Position numbers and translations under genes: made by a program. A DNA stretch of 53,558 bases, filler included, from Sphacelaria rigidula (lineage: Eukaryota), in assembly GCA_964200075.2 (NCBI GenBank). It is 3 parts of 3 records of this genome, joined end to end, with 100 filler letters (N's around TTAATTAATTAA, not from the genome) between each part and the next. Parts side by side here need not be neighbours in the genome. Positions count along the whole stretch, not along the records: positions 17,891 to 35,678 come from CAXNAA020000995.1; positions 35,779 to 53,558 come from CAXNAA020000996.1; 1 more part is not named here. The stretch is one strand, 5' to 3'. The notes beneath the pieces were generated by a model, which searched no databases, was not told where the DNA came from, and was given only the letters and a program-made list of their open reading frames with translations. Below are positions 24,241-35,841 of this stretch, in pieces. The stretch's first letter is position 1; each line of letters begins with the position of its first letter.

Positions 24241-27200
24241 GCTCTGATATCACAGTGCTGTGCCTTGGCTCGCGCGGGCGCGGTGGAGACACCTGTTGGC
24301 TTGATCGTTCCCACGAGCTCCATTCAGGGCAAGACGGTGCAAGTGGTGTGCAAAGGGCGGCCTGTCGCTGCCGCGGACATCTCATCCATGCGATTGGTAG
24401 GCAGTTTCGAAATGAAGGGGCTCGATGGCATGCAACTGCAAGGGATGTTTTCCCTCTATGGGCGAGCGCAGTCTGTCTACATATCAAGCAACTGTGAGCA
24501 TGCGGGTTGAATGGATCACCTGTCCAACGCTCACACATGATTGAACGAGTTACAAATGGTGCGGTGAGGGTGAACGGCTTGGTGGTGATCCGTCCAATCC
24601 TATCGGTACTCGGTGGTGCATGTGTAATGTAAATAGTAAATTTGTAGTATGCTTGCGTCCTTCCTGTTCGATAATAAACAGGTGAACATCGAGGAAAACG
24701 TCTACAGCGACGGATTCGGGTGGAAGTTTCTCGTCGATGCCACCCTGACAGCTACAAGGATTGGGGAGGACCAGTCCAAGAAGGTGCAGTTTGCATGTTT
24801 CTCCACGTGCAACACATCGATAAAGAACACCACCGGGGCTACGGTTCAAAGAGACAGCACGCGCACGGGGATGGCGACAATATTAGGGGAGTCACTTCTC
24901 CTCATTTCCCGTTTTTAATGGCTTCACCACAAAGACCCCATGCGTGAGAACGGCGTTACCAGTGTATCTTACTGTGTCACCATGAATGAGTGATAAAACC
25001 CCCCTGCTGCACCCTCTTGGTGGAACAACGAACTTGACTTCCACATGATCCAATTTCCATAATAACTACATTATGGAGCATTCACCTGGCGCATGGCATT
25101 TCACAGGGAATAGCATCCTCCTGGGATGCCGGTCTAGAACGTCACACTCTGCGCACACAACATGACGCTTTTTCAGCGCGCCCTGGCCAAATGTATGCGC
25201 AACAAGCGCAGATTGCACTACCTTCATGTACGTACGCTAAGCCAGACCCATTCTCCACCGCCCTGCAGGTTATTCGTGGGTTCGATCCGAGGTTGAGATT
25301 TTAGCTGAGCGTCAGTTGGGTTAGCTCATTAGCATGTGCCCGATCCCAACCAGTCGAACCAACTGATCTACCAAGTTGAACGTGTTAGTAAGACGTCCAA
25401 TGTTCACATACACGGTCCAGGCAGACATGGCCTATCCGGGGCATCTCGGGTCGAGATAGACATCCCATATCCACCTGAGATTCCAAATGAACGTCTTGGA
25501 TAATTGTTTTCCAGTTATATTCTCTACAGGTCCCCCGTATGGACATCCCAGATGGGTGTGATATTGCAGATGGATATCCCAGCGCATACTCATGTTCTAG
25601 ATGCATGGCCATGTCCAGGGTGGACATTCCAGAGATATTTGGGATCTCAGGTGAGCATATTAGATGGAAACCCATTCCCAAGGTGGTGGTTGCATGAAAG
25701 GGTAGGACCTCCAAATAATCCCTCCCTTTCGCCTTCATGCATTTCCATTCCGCTGGAAGATTGTGCTTCTCACAACAGACCTGATGCTAGCAGGAGAGGA
25801 TTTCGATCTGGGGGTTCAGCGCTTCTTCTCAGAGGTCACCCGAGCCTTGGGCGTAGAGGTGCTGTTCGTCACTCGCGACATCACGTGTGCCCGCTTGTAT
25901 GGAGGATTCACCTGTTCAGCGCGAGCCGCCGAATTCATTTCTCATTGTTGATGTCGTAGCGAGACGCTTGTATGGTGCTGAATTTGATAAGCGCTAAGCG
26001 CACGGTGACTTTGGCGACGTTCTCCGGTGGCACCGTTCCGTACGCAAAGCGTTCGCCAAGTATGACGTAGACGACGCGTGGCAAGTACGTTAGAAAATTT
26101 GAATGCGTAGGTGTACGATCAGACGTTCGTCGTACGTCCACCATCCCAGCCTACTCGAAAACTCATGACCAGACTGCCCGATCCCCTTTTGTATGCTCGT
26201 AAAGCAGAAGTCTGGGATGAGCATTTCGCTGGTGGTCGTGGAGGTCAACGGCTCTTGCTCAGGCAGTTCTGGTGCTCTCAACGCCCCAGGCTCGTTTTTA
26301 GCGTGGGACAGGCTACAACGTCTTCGAGATGAAAGCCTTAACGATGGATCATTCGTGCTCGTGAGTGACGGCATTGGAGCGGGCAATGGAATGCTGACGT
26401 GGAGGAATATTCCCGTGTGTGTATCATCCTGGAGGTGTAGCTGCCGTGGACACCGCACCTTGTATGTACCGACGGGCTTAACGGTGAAGCACGCGCACAC
26501 CCGCGAGTATTGACCTCTAGTGAGACCGCAAAAGGCCATTTCGTGGTACTTGAAGAATGGTGAAACACTGCCAAGTATTCAAAGCCAACCGCGACGAGCG
26601 AAGTGCGGACTCCAGAGATAGTATCTGCGTAAACGGATGATTTCCTGTGTCTTATACGCCTCCCTGGCTTGCTCCTTTGCCAGAACCATTGCTGAACGCT
26701 GTATGGGCACTCCTATGACAACGGCCAACTGTTTGCCCTGCGAAACAACGACAGGATCTTATCGGTAATACTCCCGCGATGTTCGACTCACAGCTTCGCT
26801 GCTGGCTTCGGGCTTCCTCCCCTCGCCAGTCTGGCTCGCTCCGATTGCCCGCCACCGAGACTTTCTCCGGCGTGATCGTTGAGGTGGGGAGTGGGCTATC
26901 GTCGACATGTATCGCTATCACTTTTTCCTACACAATCCGCGCTTGACGCTTCTATTAGAGACAAGTGACTGTACGATATTATCGATGACCATCAAATACA
27001 TCATTCCTGGGACTGTCATAAATGCAATGTACGCATTGTTTCTAAGCATGCCGATCTCAACCGTCGGCCACTGGCATGCCACCCCACAAAAACTGAATCG
27101 CATGCGTATTGTCGCTGGCGAAAGAAAAACGGATGATGCATTTTTGTCGTTCTCCCCCGCTTGTTGGGACATACTCGAGTATAGCCGAAGTAGCAGTGGA

Positions 27201-30200
27201 GAATGATGGATGCTAGGCCATACTCACGAGAGCGTCCTAGATTTCCATCTTGATGTCCTCAGTGCCTTCTCCGCCCTGTCCAAATTACTCAATGTGAGTG
27301 GGTAGGTGGAAATACTGCCTTACCTTCTCGATCTGCGTGGGCTCGCGAATCACAATTCATTACCTGCACTTCACCGCGGGTAAGTGCCGGCGCGCCGTGT
27401 GAGCGCAGGGTTGTAGAAGCTCTTGTTCTTGTGCAGCACTTGTGAACGCGTGTTAGCCTACTGTAGCTTTGCAACTCGAAGCTATGATTCCAAAACATGG
27501 TCGCCCATTCTCGACGTCATCACTGGGTGAGCTAATATGACAGGCGTCATTGGCATCGCTGTTCTCGTGCACAGAAGAAACTGTGTGTATAGAGCGCTTG
27601 TCGAACATAAATACGGAGAAAAAGAGTACTTGATCAGCGACGTCATGTTGTGGTTGTTGTTGTTGTTGTTCGTCGTCGCTCCATGTTCCATTTTTTTGCG
27701 CATTCCTCGCAAAATACTCACATCTCGTGCCACTATTCAACACGTTGTTTGCTTGGATCAGTTAGGTGGCTATGGTGACAGCATTGCAGCTTAGCTGCTT
27801 CACTGGGAATCAATTGATTCAGCTCACGATTCTTCTTCGCTTCTTTCGTTGCTGCCGTCGACAGTTTTGCCAGTATTGAGGTACTGCAGGTGAGACTTTT
27901 ACTTGGGGCCAATAGGAGGCCGCAGTGAATAGCTTGGCATAGCACGTCAAGCTGCAGTGTGTTCGTACGCAAAAACATACCTGTTGGCTGGAGGGAGTCC
28001 GTGTCCTCTACTCGGATGTCGCGCTCGTTTCGTCAAGGGTACTCTTGGTTTTCGAAGCTTCTCGTCCACACGACGTTACGACCCGCACCTCTTTTTACCG
28101 ACTACATTACTTTATTTCCCACCAGCTAACGACAGATGCGTGTTTGTGATACGCCTGCCCCTTCTCCAGGGTATAGAGTTGGGTGGACTGGATCAAGGTC
28201 TCTGCCGCGGGGACCCTCTTCTTTGCGTCCCCTCCTCTCGGCTGCGCGACTCGCCCCAACACTCGCAAGCAAACAGGTATACCCAGCGATCCACTCAGGA
28301 TTACACGTGATCGTGTTTGCACGTACTCTGCAGCAGGCTGTAGCATCAAAACATCCAGGTATAGTGTGTTATACCCTTATTACGTATTGAAGACAAGTTT
28401 GACCATGGTATCTACCATAGTGTACACATATACCACGCTCACGACACTCAGTTGGTTATATCCGCCGCACGTACTCCCTGCAAGACATGAACTGACGGTG
28501 GAGTGCTGTCATGTTCTTATACGTGCTTTCGCCGCCCCTAGTTCCTCGCTCTCGCAGTTATGTCACACCCCACCAACAAGACGTGTTGATAGTCATGAAT
28601 ACAGCAAGCAAGCGAGACACAACGTACGCTACGTTAGCTTCCCTCCCCCTTCTTTATTCTCCACATCTGTGAGTGGCAGAAGACTGTTTACGGCCGTTTG
28701 CACGGAGCTGAATGATCGAGACATGGGCCTCCTCCTTGCCGTTCGTCACCCCACCACCTCCCTGCAGGTGTGTTGGAGTAAACTTTTGAAACAGTCTTCT
28801 ACCCGCTACAAACTTTGTACCACCTTGGAGATAACGTTCGGCGGCCATCGTGACAGAATTGTACGTTATTGCTTCCAAACATGTTTCATTTCAGCCGCTT
28901 GGTCTGTACGACAAGCCGTGTTGCTCGATATATCTGCATATCAAAATGTCAACAATGATTTTACCCGCGTAACACTCGACGTCCCGCCATTTGAAACGAT
29001 CTATGGGTCATGGCAGGAATGTTGGGTTCTGATGCCGCAGGCTCCAGCAGCCTCTCCGAGTCAGGATATGCCGGCTTTGAGTGGATGCGACGCGGAATCA
29101 TCGCAGTTAGTGGATAGGGCGCTACTATGCCGCCTGGCGACCAAAGAAGATGTGTTGGACGAGGGGAATGCACCTAGTGTCGGTGGTATTGCAAAAGAAG
29201 ACTGCTCCGTAGAAAGGGCGGCAGCTTGCGCGAGGTAATTATTCGGTACACGAGTGATACTCGGAACGGTCTGCATTGTGAAAGGGCTTCAGAAGAGATT
29301 GATTGGGGACCTTTATATCTCGGTATGAGTGGTGGAGGACCATGCGCATAGAGCTAGAGCTTGAAGATAAGTACGCGCCTCTACCACCCAGCCAAAACGA
29401 AGTCAAGAAGAGTAGCATTTCACTACCCCCACTAACCCCACATTTAGCTTGCTAGGAGTCACTGTGCCGAGCGAGTTGCCATTGTCACACGGAAACAATC
29501 ATCGAATGGAGGACAGCAAGTAGAAATCACTACTTCACCAAAGAGGAGCAACAAGGGACATCGCCCAATGCCAACACTTCAACAATCTTCACCATAACAA
29601 GAGATGTCCCGCATACGTGTAACCACTATTCCTGCAGCATTGGTGTCCTCAACAAAGGAGTGTATAACCCCTTGCGGCATTCGAGCGGGCTCTTCGAACT
29701 TGTTACCACCTCCCAAGACAAGCAGAGTTGCGGAAGCAGCAGCATTTCGACCAAGAGTGCACGTGGAGGTACAGACAAGGTGGGCCGCGGCAGCTGGCAA
29801 GCCCAAACATCCAGTGGGTGCTCGATCAAAAGAATCGGTGGTGGAAGCTATGTGGTGAGATTCCTCAACGGCTTTGCATTCGCGCATCACGGCAGACAGG
29901 ACTGCAGATACGGGAGATGAGTCAATTCTCCATTCTCTCTACGCTGAAGAAAAGAGAGTAGCTTTTCACCATATGTTGTACTTCGTACGTCGTACGTTGG
30001 TGTCTAGGGCTCCCAATGCTGTGAACTCCGGCGTGGTCGTAGCGGAGGCACGAATTTTGCGTCGGTCGTGGGTTCGGGCCGTAGATAGTTGAAGTGCCAC
30101 ATCAGTATAGTTTATCGCCATTCCTCTTTTCGTTCGTACGGTATTACTAGTTTCTCAAAATTATTTTGTGCATGTTCCGTGATGAACATCGAGCAGATGA

Positions 30201-30628
30201 ATCCAGAAGTGTCGATGCGGCAACACAGGCGGCACCACGGCTCCGATCGGCGCTCTCTACCTGCTCCGTCAAGCACAGCAATGCTCAAAACAACGCACGC
30301 TACGAACATGACAACAACGAGAGCCCCGGCGAAATCAAAAGATAGCGATAAGCTTCAGCTGAAGGCGCACCAGAAACAGGACAAGAGAAGAGAGGGGAGC
30401 CTGCACTACGCCAACGTGACGCCCGGTACCGATTCGACTCCGTCGACCAACAGCGTCCTTCGGCAGCACGGAAAGGGTGGTAGTCGTGGCTCGAGCAACA
30501 GTAGCAACAACAGAAAATCCAGCGATAGTAGGAGGCGTAGTGCTCCGGGTGGCTTATTGAAGGGAGCCGGAGGACAAAGCAAAGGACCAGGGGGGCGTAG
30601 GAAGGCTAGTGATGACATGATGCTCTAG
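24241..30628 (+). CDS. M1AP: Meiosis 1-associated protein (M1AP)-like protein, multi-exon, 5' exon(s) unresolved
   Basis: Phase-consistent GT-AG exons: 24241-24396, 24682-24783, 25107-25192, 25269-25291, 25779-25858, 26208-26360, 26755-26883, 27306-27379, 27823-27889, 28170-28276, 28680-28767, 29017-29234, 29638-29854, 30197-30628. Motifs IEVLQGIELGGLDQGLCRGDPLLCVPS, QANRRLFTAVCTELNDRDMGLLLA, CWVLMPQ, ALLCRLATKEDVL and YNPLRHSSGLF occur in the same order as recalled human M1AP motifs (GLCESLTYGLPFILRPTS, NQQHFHALCHSL..REWLLLA, FYVIMPS, LLVKAVATRELML, YNPLHVQSHLY). Confidence 0.75.
25390..25685. repeat. Degenerate intronic MITE-like element with GACATCC/GATATCC motifs
   Basis: Repeated GACATCCCAGAT-like words; internal inverted repeat CACCTGAGATTCCAAAT / ATTTGGGATCTCAGGTG. 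Confidence 0.5.
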
Positions 30629-31255
30629 TACAAAAGGCAACACTTCATGGGGATCCTTCGTGTTGGCCTAGTATAAATGCGTGCGCCCCTTCACTGGTAC
30701 ATCCATCACACCGACTGTGCCCCTTTGTACGGGAGGAAAACGGGTGGTCAGAGAGGTATGTTGTAGAGCATACACTTTTATCACGTCCCACGCTTTGATG
30801 GGGTTACCAAATAATGCACAGCACACCAGGACGTTGCGTAGCGAGGTTATCCAATGTGCGCGTAACTTTTCAAGACCTGGCCTCGTGTACTCGTTGACAA
30901 TCCCATCGAGTCTGGGGGCATGACAATATATATATACATACATGTGTGTGTTTCGTACTCGACTACATAGTACTATGGTACCCGTAGCAATGTCAAGGGA
31001 GTGCATGTCGGATGTCTCGCCGCGCGATAGAACAGACGCCTGCTCAGGCCTGCTTGTTATTGTGTGTAAGGATGACACTCGGTGTATGCATCATGTATGA
31101 AACACCCCCGAAAAGCGGCAGAATTCATTTGACGAAGTTGTTCAACCTGTTGATACTAGCTTCTTGGGTTTCCCAAACCTGGGCGACGTTATTCACTGTA
31201 TTTTTGTAATGCTTACATTTTCTACATGTTTGATGTTCGAATTGTAGATCGAGGG

Positions 31256-32033
31256 TGTTAAGAGGTCACAGATGCCACTGAGCTGAACAGTCAGCGCTGA
31301 CTGATTCGCTCAGAGGTATCTGTGACACTTAGCGCTGGCTACCAAGCTCAGTGGTATCTGTGACACTTGGCGCTGGCTACTAAGCTCAATGGTATCTGTG
31401 ACATCTTCTAGGCGAATGCCGAAATTTCAGACCTCCTCCCATTTTGTTTATTTTTCGATAATAATGGCCCTTAATAAAAAAAGCTCATCTCTGGGGTTCG
31501 ATTTTCCCCACGATGATTTCTTCTTGACCAGTCCTTTCTGAGAAAAACAATACAAAGGTTCACGATGAAAGCGACGGTAAGTGAGTATGCAGCACGCTCG
31601 GTCAGAAGAAGCAAGTATATCCTGCTTGTAAAACGTTCGCCTTCACGGTCGACGAGGGAAAGGGAACGCTGAACCCCTCTCGCGATAAAAAACGAGACAA
31701 GCACCGCAGGAGGTTGGTGGATTACTAAAAAAATAAAACTCTGTGTTGGCCTTCCTCCTGTATGATCCCAGCTGATGCGCCCACATATATCGAAAGGTAT
31801 GAACTGGCTTCCAGAATAGATGGATAAGAACACACGACACACACACTTGGGTGAGAACGGTGCTGATTACCGGGACGGCAACTCTGGAGTGAATACTCGC
31901 CGGATCCAATGGCTCAACAGTATGAAGGACTCCAGGATTAGCTTGTGTTAGCATGTCAGATATACTCGTACCACTCAGAGCTCAACAGCCAGCGCTGGCT
32001 GATCAGCTCAGTGATATCTGTGACATCTCAACA
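31256..32033. mobile_element. Non-autonomous Ginger-like DNA transposon (TGT...ACA, 4-bp TSD) with a nested SINE
   Basis: AGGG|TGTTAAGAGGTCACAGATGCCACTGAGC ... GCTCAGTGATATCTGTGACATCTCAACA|AGGG. Subterminal AGCGCT-centred palindromes and ~38-bp tandem units at 31290-31404. Confidence 0.75.
31480..31847 (+). mobile_element. tRNA-derived SINE copy with CA-rich tail
   Basis: B-box-like GGTTCGATT at ~31495. The body GGTCGACGAGGGAAAGGG...TCGCGATAAAAAA...AAGCACCGCA is shared with 35398-35590. Confidence 0.7.
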
Positions 32034-32512
32034 AGGGGGAGAGAAATGTCCCAATAGTGCAAGATATGCCTCACAAGGAATACCAACCACTAGAAACAGT
32101 CTGTTCTGAACCCCAAATCTGGCCTGGTCCATCGGGGTTCATCTGAAGGGGGTCCGCGGTCAAAGCCGCCGCCCGTGTTGTCCAAAAATATATTGTACAC
32201 ATACAAAAAGTACAGCATAGCGACCTCCACACTTCGAAATATATATTATTGTACAACCCATATCCTGCAGAGGGAAACGATTGACGGCGGCAGAGTATAT
32301 CCTTGTAGTGCAAGGATACCATATCGTTTACCGTATTTGAAGACAACCTAAAACGAGGGGCCTCATATCGGAAAATGGCCGCCCCCCCCCCCCCCAAGCG
32401 GTCGAGAATGAGCAAATGACCACATCACCCTGGCAAAAACCTTATTCTTCCTGTTTTTTCACCAGTATACGGAATTGAACGATCACTTCGATCACCCAGG
32501 GTTTGCCTCGAC

Positions 32513-35162
32513 GTGAGCAGCCCAAAACCGAGGAGTTTATTTGGTGTGCCAGTTGTTCTTGTGGCCATCGGAGACAAGTGGCGGGCGGCCCGCCGGTCGC
32601 CACATCCTGTTGAAACCTCTCTACGGCGACCCATACGGCTTGTTACATCAGGTGTACATTACCTAATCCGTACCCCACCCGAATCACAGCTTGTACCTGC
32701 ACCTGAAAGTAGATTGGATAAAACTTTCGGTCTTTCCGCAAAAACCATAGCGACAACCCCCCAAGGCAGACAATCCCACGCAAGGAAGACGGACGCGAAC
32801 TATGCGACACAATTCAGGTTAGATGTCGATCGATTTGTAGCCGAAGTGAGTGCGGGCAACGACGCTCCGGAACAGCACTCTCTCGCAAACTTCAGAAGCA
32901 TCTTGGCAGACATAGACCATAAAGACCTCCTCTTTGGGGCTTTGGCGAAGAACCCCGACGCTCTTTCGATTGACGGACGGCCGTTCTTCGATGCCGACCG
33001 GCACAAGATCGTGGAGGAAGCAGCAGGATCAGGCAAAACACGACCAGCGGACACACTCCCAACGGCTGATGGGGATTCTTCAATCGGGGAAGGGCCAATG
33101 CAGGAAGACGGCCCAGATGTCAATACGCAGTCAGGTATGCGCGCCCTTGACCCAATTTTCACATCACCTTATTTTTACGCAGTGTTTGGCAGCTTCCTTC
33201 TGGGAAACGAGTAACGATGGTGCGAAATAACGGACCACGCGACAAGGATATCCGGATGAAGGATCTAAATTTCACAGTAGGAAAGTCCGTGTGCTGTATA
33301 CGGTAGACACTTCATTGGCATCCAGTATGTTCCCACCGACGCATTCGGCAAAAAATAATGCCTCAGTCGAGTACCGATCGAAAGGACGAAGAGACCGGTA
33401 ACGTCGAACCAGAGCGACGTGGGGACACGTTGCGCATCTTCACCACCTCAAGTGCGATACACGACGGATGTAGTTCGACAGTGGTCGCACCACACAAGAA
33501 ATGTACCCTGTGGAGATGGAGCCGCTTCATCTTTGGCCAGAAGGCATCGCAGCATAATCCCGATAATGTGGGCATCTGGCTTGAGGGGGCAGGCGTACAT
33601 GAGAGTCGAGTATGCATTACCCTTAAATGGGGGTACCTTTTGTTGCATTTCTTTCACGGTCTCCTTCTCTCCTGCGTAACTACATCTCCGTCCGGCGGAA
33701 ACACCCATGCTTTCCGTCCATCTCCCCAGCACTTCATCCACGTGTGGCGTGGGACTGTCGTCGTCATTGGTGACGGTACACGTCTCGGACGAACGCTGCT
33801 TCTCCTTGGATCACTGCAAAACAAATCCTGGCTTCTGCGCAATCCGCGAGCCGTTCGAATCATGGCGACGGCGTGTCGATTTTCGATGTATATTATTCAT
33901 ACTGAGTGAAGCCTTCGTCTGACCTACGTTTTTTTCGTAGTTCGAAATGCTTGCTCTCCCCGCACTGCGTTGCTACCGGTGTCATGTACCCGCTAAGGCC
34001 TTGTCCCAATCCTACTCTACAACTGACCGGGGCCGCCCGTATTTTCGCGAAGGGCAGGAAAATATGGAGGGTCAGACGAAAGCTTCAAGCCAAAGTCACC
34101 TCGGTCCAAAGAGGCCAGAAGTCGCGTCGTGACTGCTACAAAGTGCTGTGAGAAGGAGACGAGGAAGCGATTTGGGCTGCGGGAGTCGACTGGATAGTAG
34201 ACGAAGAATGCGTACAAGAGTACATATTCAAAACCTGGTAGTCGAGGGCGCTGAGTCTTCGTAGTGCTGATGAAGGGACGATCTAAGGTACAGGAGTGGG
34301 TCGTGGATGGAGTAGGATCGTTGACTTAGACATGAATATTCATAGAATCGGATATCCTGACGTTCAACTCGGGTGAGGTTCCCCGAGAATGACTACGAAA
34401 CCCAAGTCGCGCCTACCGGGAGGCAATCGCCTAGCAGGCAGACATCCCAAAATGACCTCACCCTCCTAGATTTCACGTTTTTACACCACGTGGATTTCGA
34501 GTCTTAGACACATTTTGGCCGAAAAAGTGCACTCCCACCGTGGTATTACTCAGTTGCCGATGCGGTGTTGTGCTGAACAGTACAGAGCGTCTCGCCGTAT
34601 TTTTTTCGTCGTAGGAGTTTAGACCGTACGAAATCACATGGTTCATGCAGCAGTTATGGTTTCGCTGCTCCTGTCAGTTGAATGTGTCCGACGGCCCGTG
34701 CCACGGTACAATATACTTGTCCGTGAATGGCAAAGATTCACCGTTCCTTGTTGTCCGCAGGCACAGCCCTAGACTCGAGTGTGACCCCGAAAATTCGCGT
34801 TCCTTGCCCAAATAGATTGCGAGACTTTTCCAGTTCGGCTCCGACATCCGATGGTTGAATATACGCTCAGGCCCATCATTATCGACAATGCTTTTCGGAG
34901 ACCTCCGAAGTTTTTGGAACGGAAAAGGTACCACCTGATGACTCTCGGATGCTTGCGAGCGCCACAGTGCACACGCAGGGCAGCTCTCGGAAGGCCGGGT
35001 AGGTCGCAGTCCGAACTTTTCAGGCTCCTCCACAAATGAAGCCTCGGGAAAGAAATCAAGTCGCTTCGTTTTCGGACACGTCGGAACGCAGAGTTCGACA
35101 AGTCCGGAAATATCGGAGGCCTCCGAACAAACGGTGCCGATAGTAATGGGCGGGCAATACAC
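32513..35162. pseudogene. Degenerate coding-like region, probably a transposon remnant (Cys-rich fragments)
   Basis: Intronless ORF fragments 32513-33214 (+), and 33363-33863 and 34674-35162 (-), broken by stops and frame changes. Cys words CPAC and WCDHC. No confident family assignment. Confidence 0.3.
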
Positions 35163-35329
35163 GAAAAAGGGTATACCCTAGTGCTTTTGGAACAAAAAAG
35201 GGTGAAGTGCTTTTTGGTTCGGGGCGCGGCGCTGCAAGTGGGCTAAACACCTCACAAATACATTCCAGCGCCTCAGTCCCATGCACCAGGTGTCTGGGCA
35301 GCACGTCAGACCATTTTTCTTCATTTTTA

Positions 35330-35594
35330 CCGATCTGGGATTTTTTGTCACACAGTGGAGAGCGATGGTGTCGTGGGTACGAAAAAATCGAATTCATGGT
35401 CGACGAGGAAAGGGGACTGCTGAACTTCACTCGCGATAAAAAAATGAAGACAAGCACCGCACAATGAAGGTGGAGTACTGGAACAAGAGAAATAAGAAAA
35501 AACTCCTATGTTGGCCCTCCTCTTCTGTGACCCTGGCTGATGCGCTCACATATACCGAAAGGCGTAGACTGGCGTCCAGAATAGATGGGATGAC

Positions 35595-35646
<52 letters not shown>
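35330..35646 (+). mobile_element. SINE body with long (CA)n tail
   Basis: Homologous to 31640-31847 and 19860-20030; ends in a (CA)n tract at ~35596-35646. Confidence 0.75.
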
Positions 35647-35652
<6 letters not shown>

Positions 35653-35678
35653 GTACAGCGCTTGACAACGGCGCGAAA

Positions 35679-35778
35679 NNNNNNNNNNNNNNNNNNNNNN
35701 NNNNNNNNNNNNNNNNNNNNNNTTAATTAATTAANNNNNNNNNNNNNNNNNNNNNNNNNNNNNNNNNNNNNNNNNNNN
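35679..35778. other. Assembly gap with linker
   Basis: N-run with TTAATTAATTAA. Confidence 0.97.
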
Positions 35779-35841
35779 AATCGAACCCCCCAACTCAACC
35801 ATCAGAAGGTTACGAGGTTACCAACTGAGCCACCGGGGCGA
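35779..35841 (-). mobile_element. tRNA-like Pol III head of a SINE, truncated by the gap
   Basis: Minus strand reads TCGCCCCGGTGGCTCAGTTGGTAACC...GGTTCGATT, giving an A box (TGGCTCAGTTGG) and a B box (GGTTCGATT). The cloverleaf is not canonical. Confidence 0.75.

Noticed and set aside
28183-29238. 351-aa single-exon protein from the ORF track
   Set aside because: It is read-through of introns; only 28680-28767 and 29017-29234 are exons in that frame.
35530-35570. Hammerhead-like CTGATG...CGAAA in the SINE body (also at ~31770)
   Set aside because: The core reads CTGATGC rather than CTGANGA, stems I and II do not pair, and the motif is lost in the 19950 copy.
35779-35841. Functional tRNA gene
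   Set aside because: A and B boxes are present but the cloverleaf is non-canonical. It is truncated by a gap and sits in SINE context.
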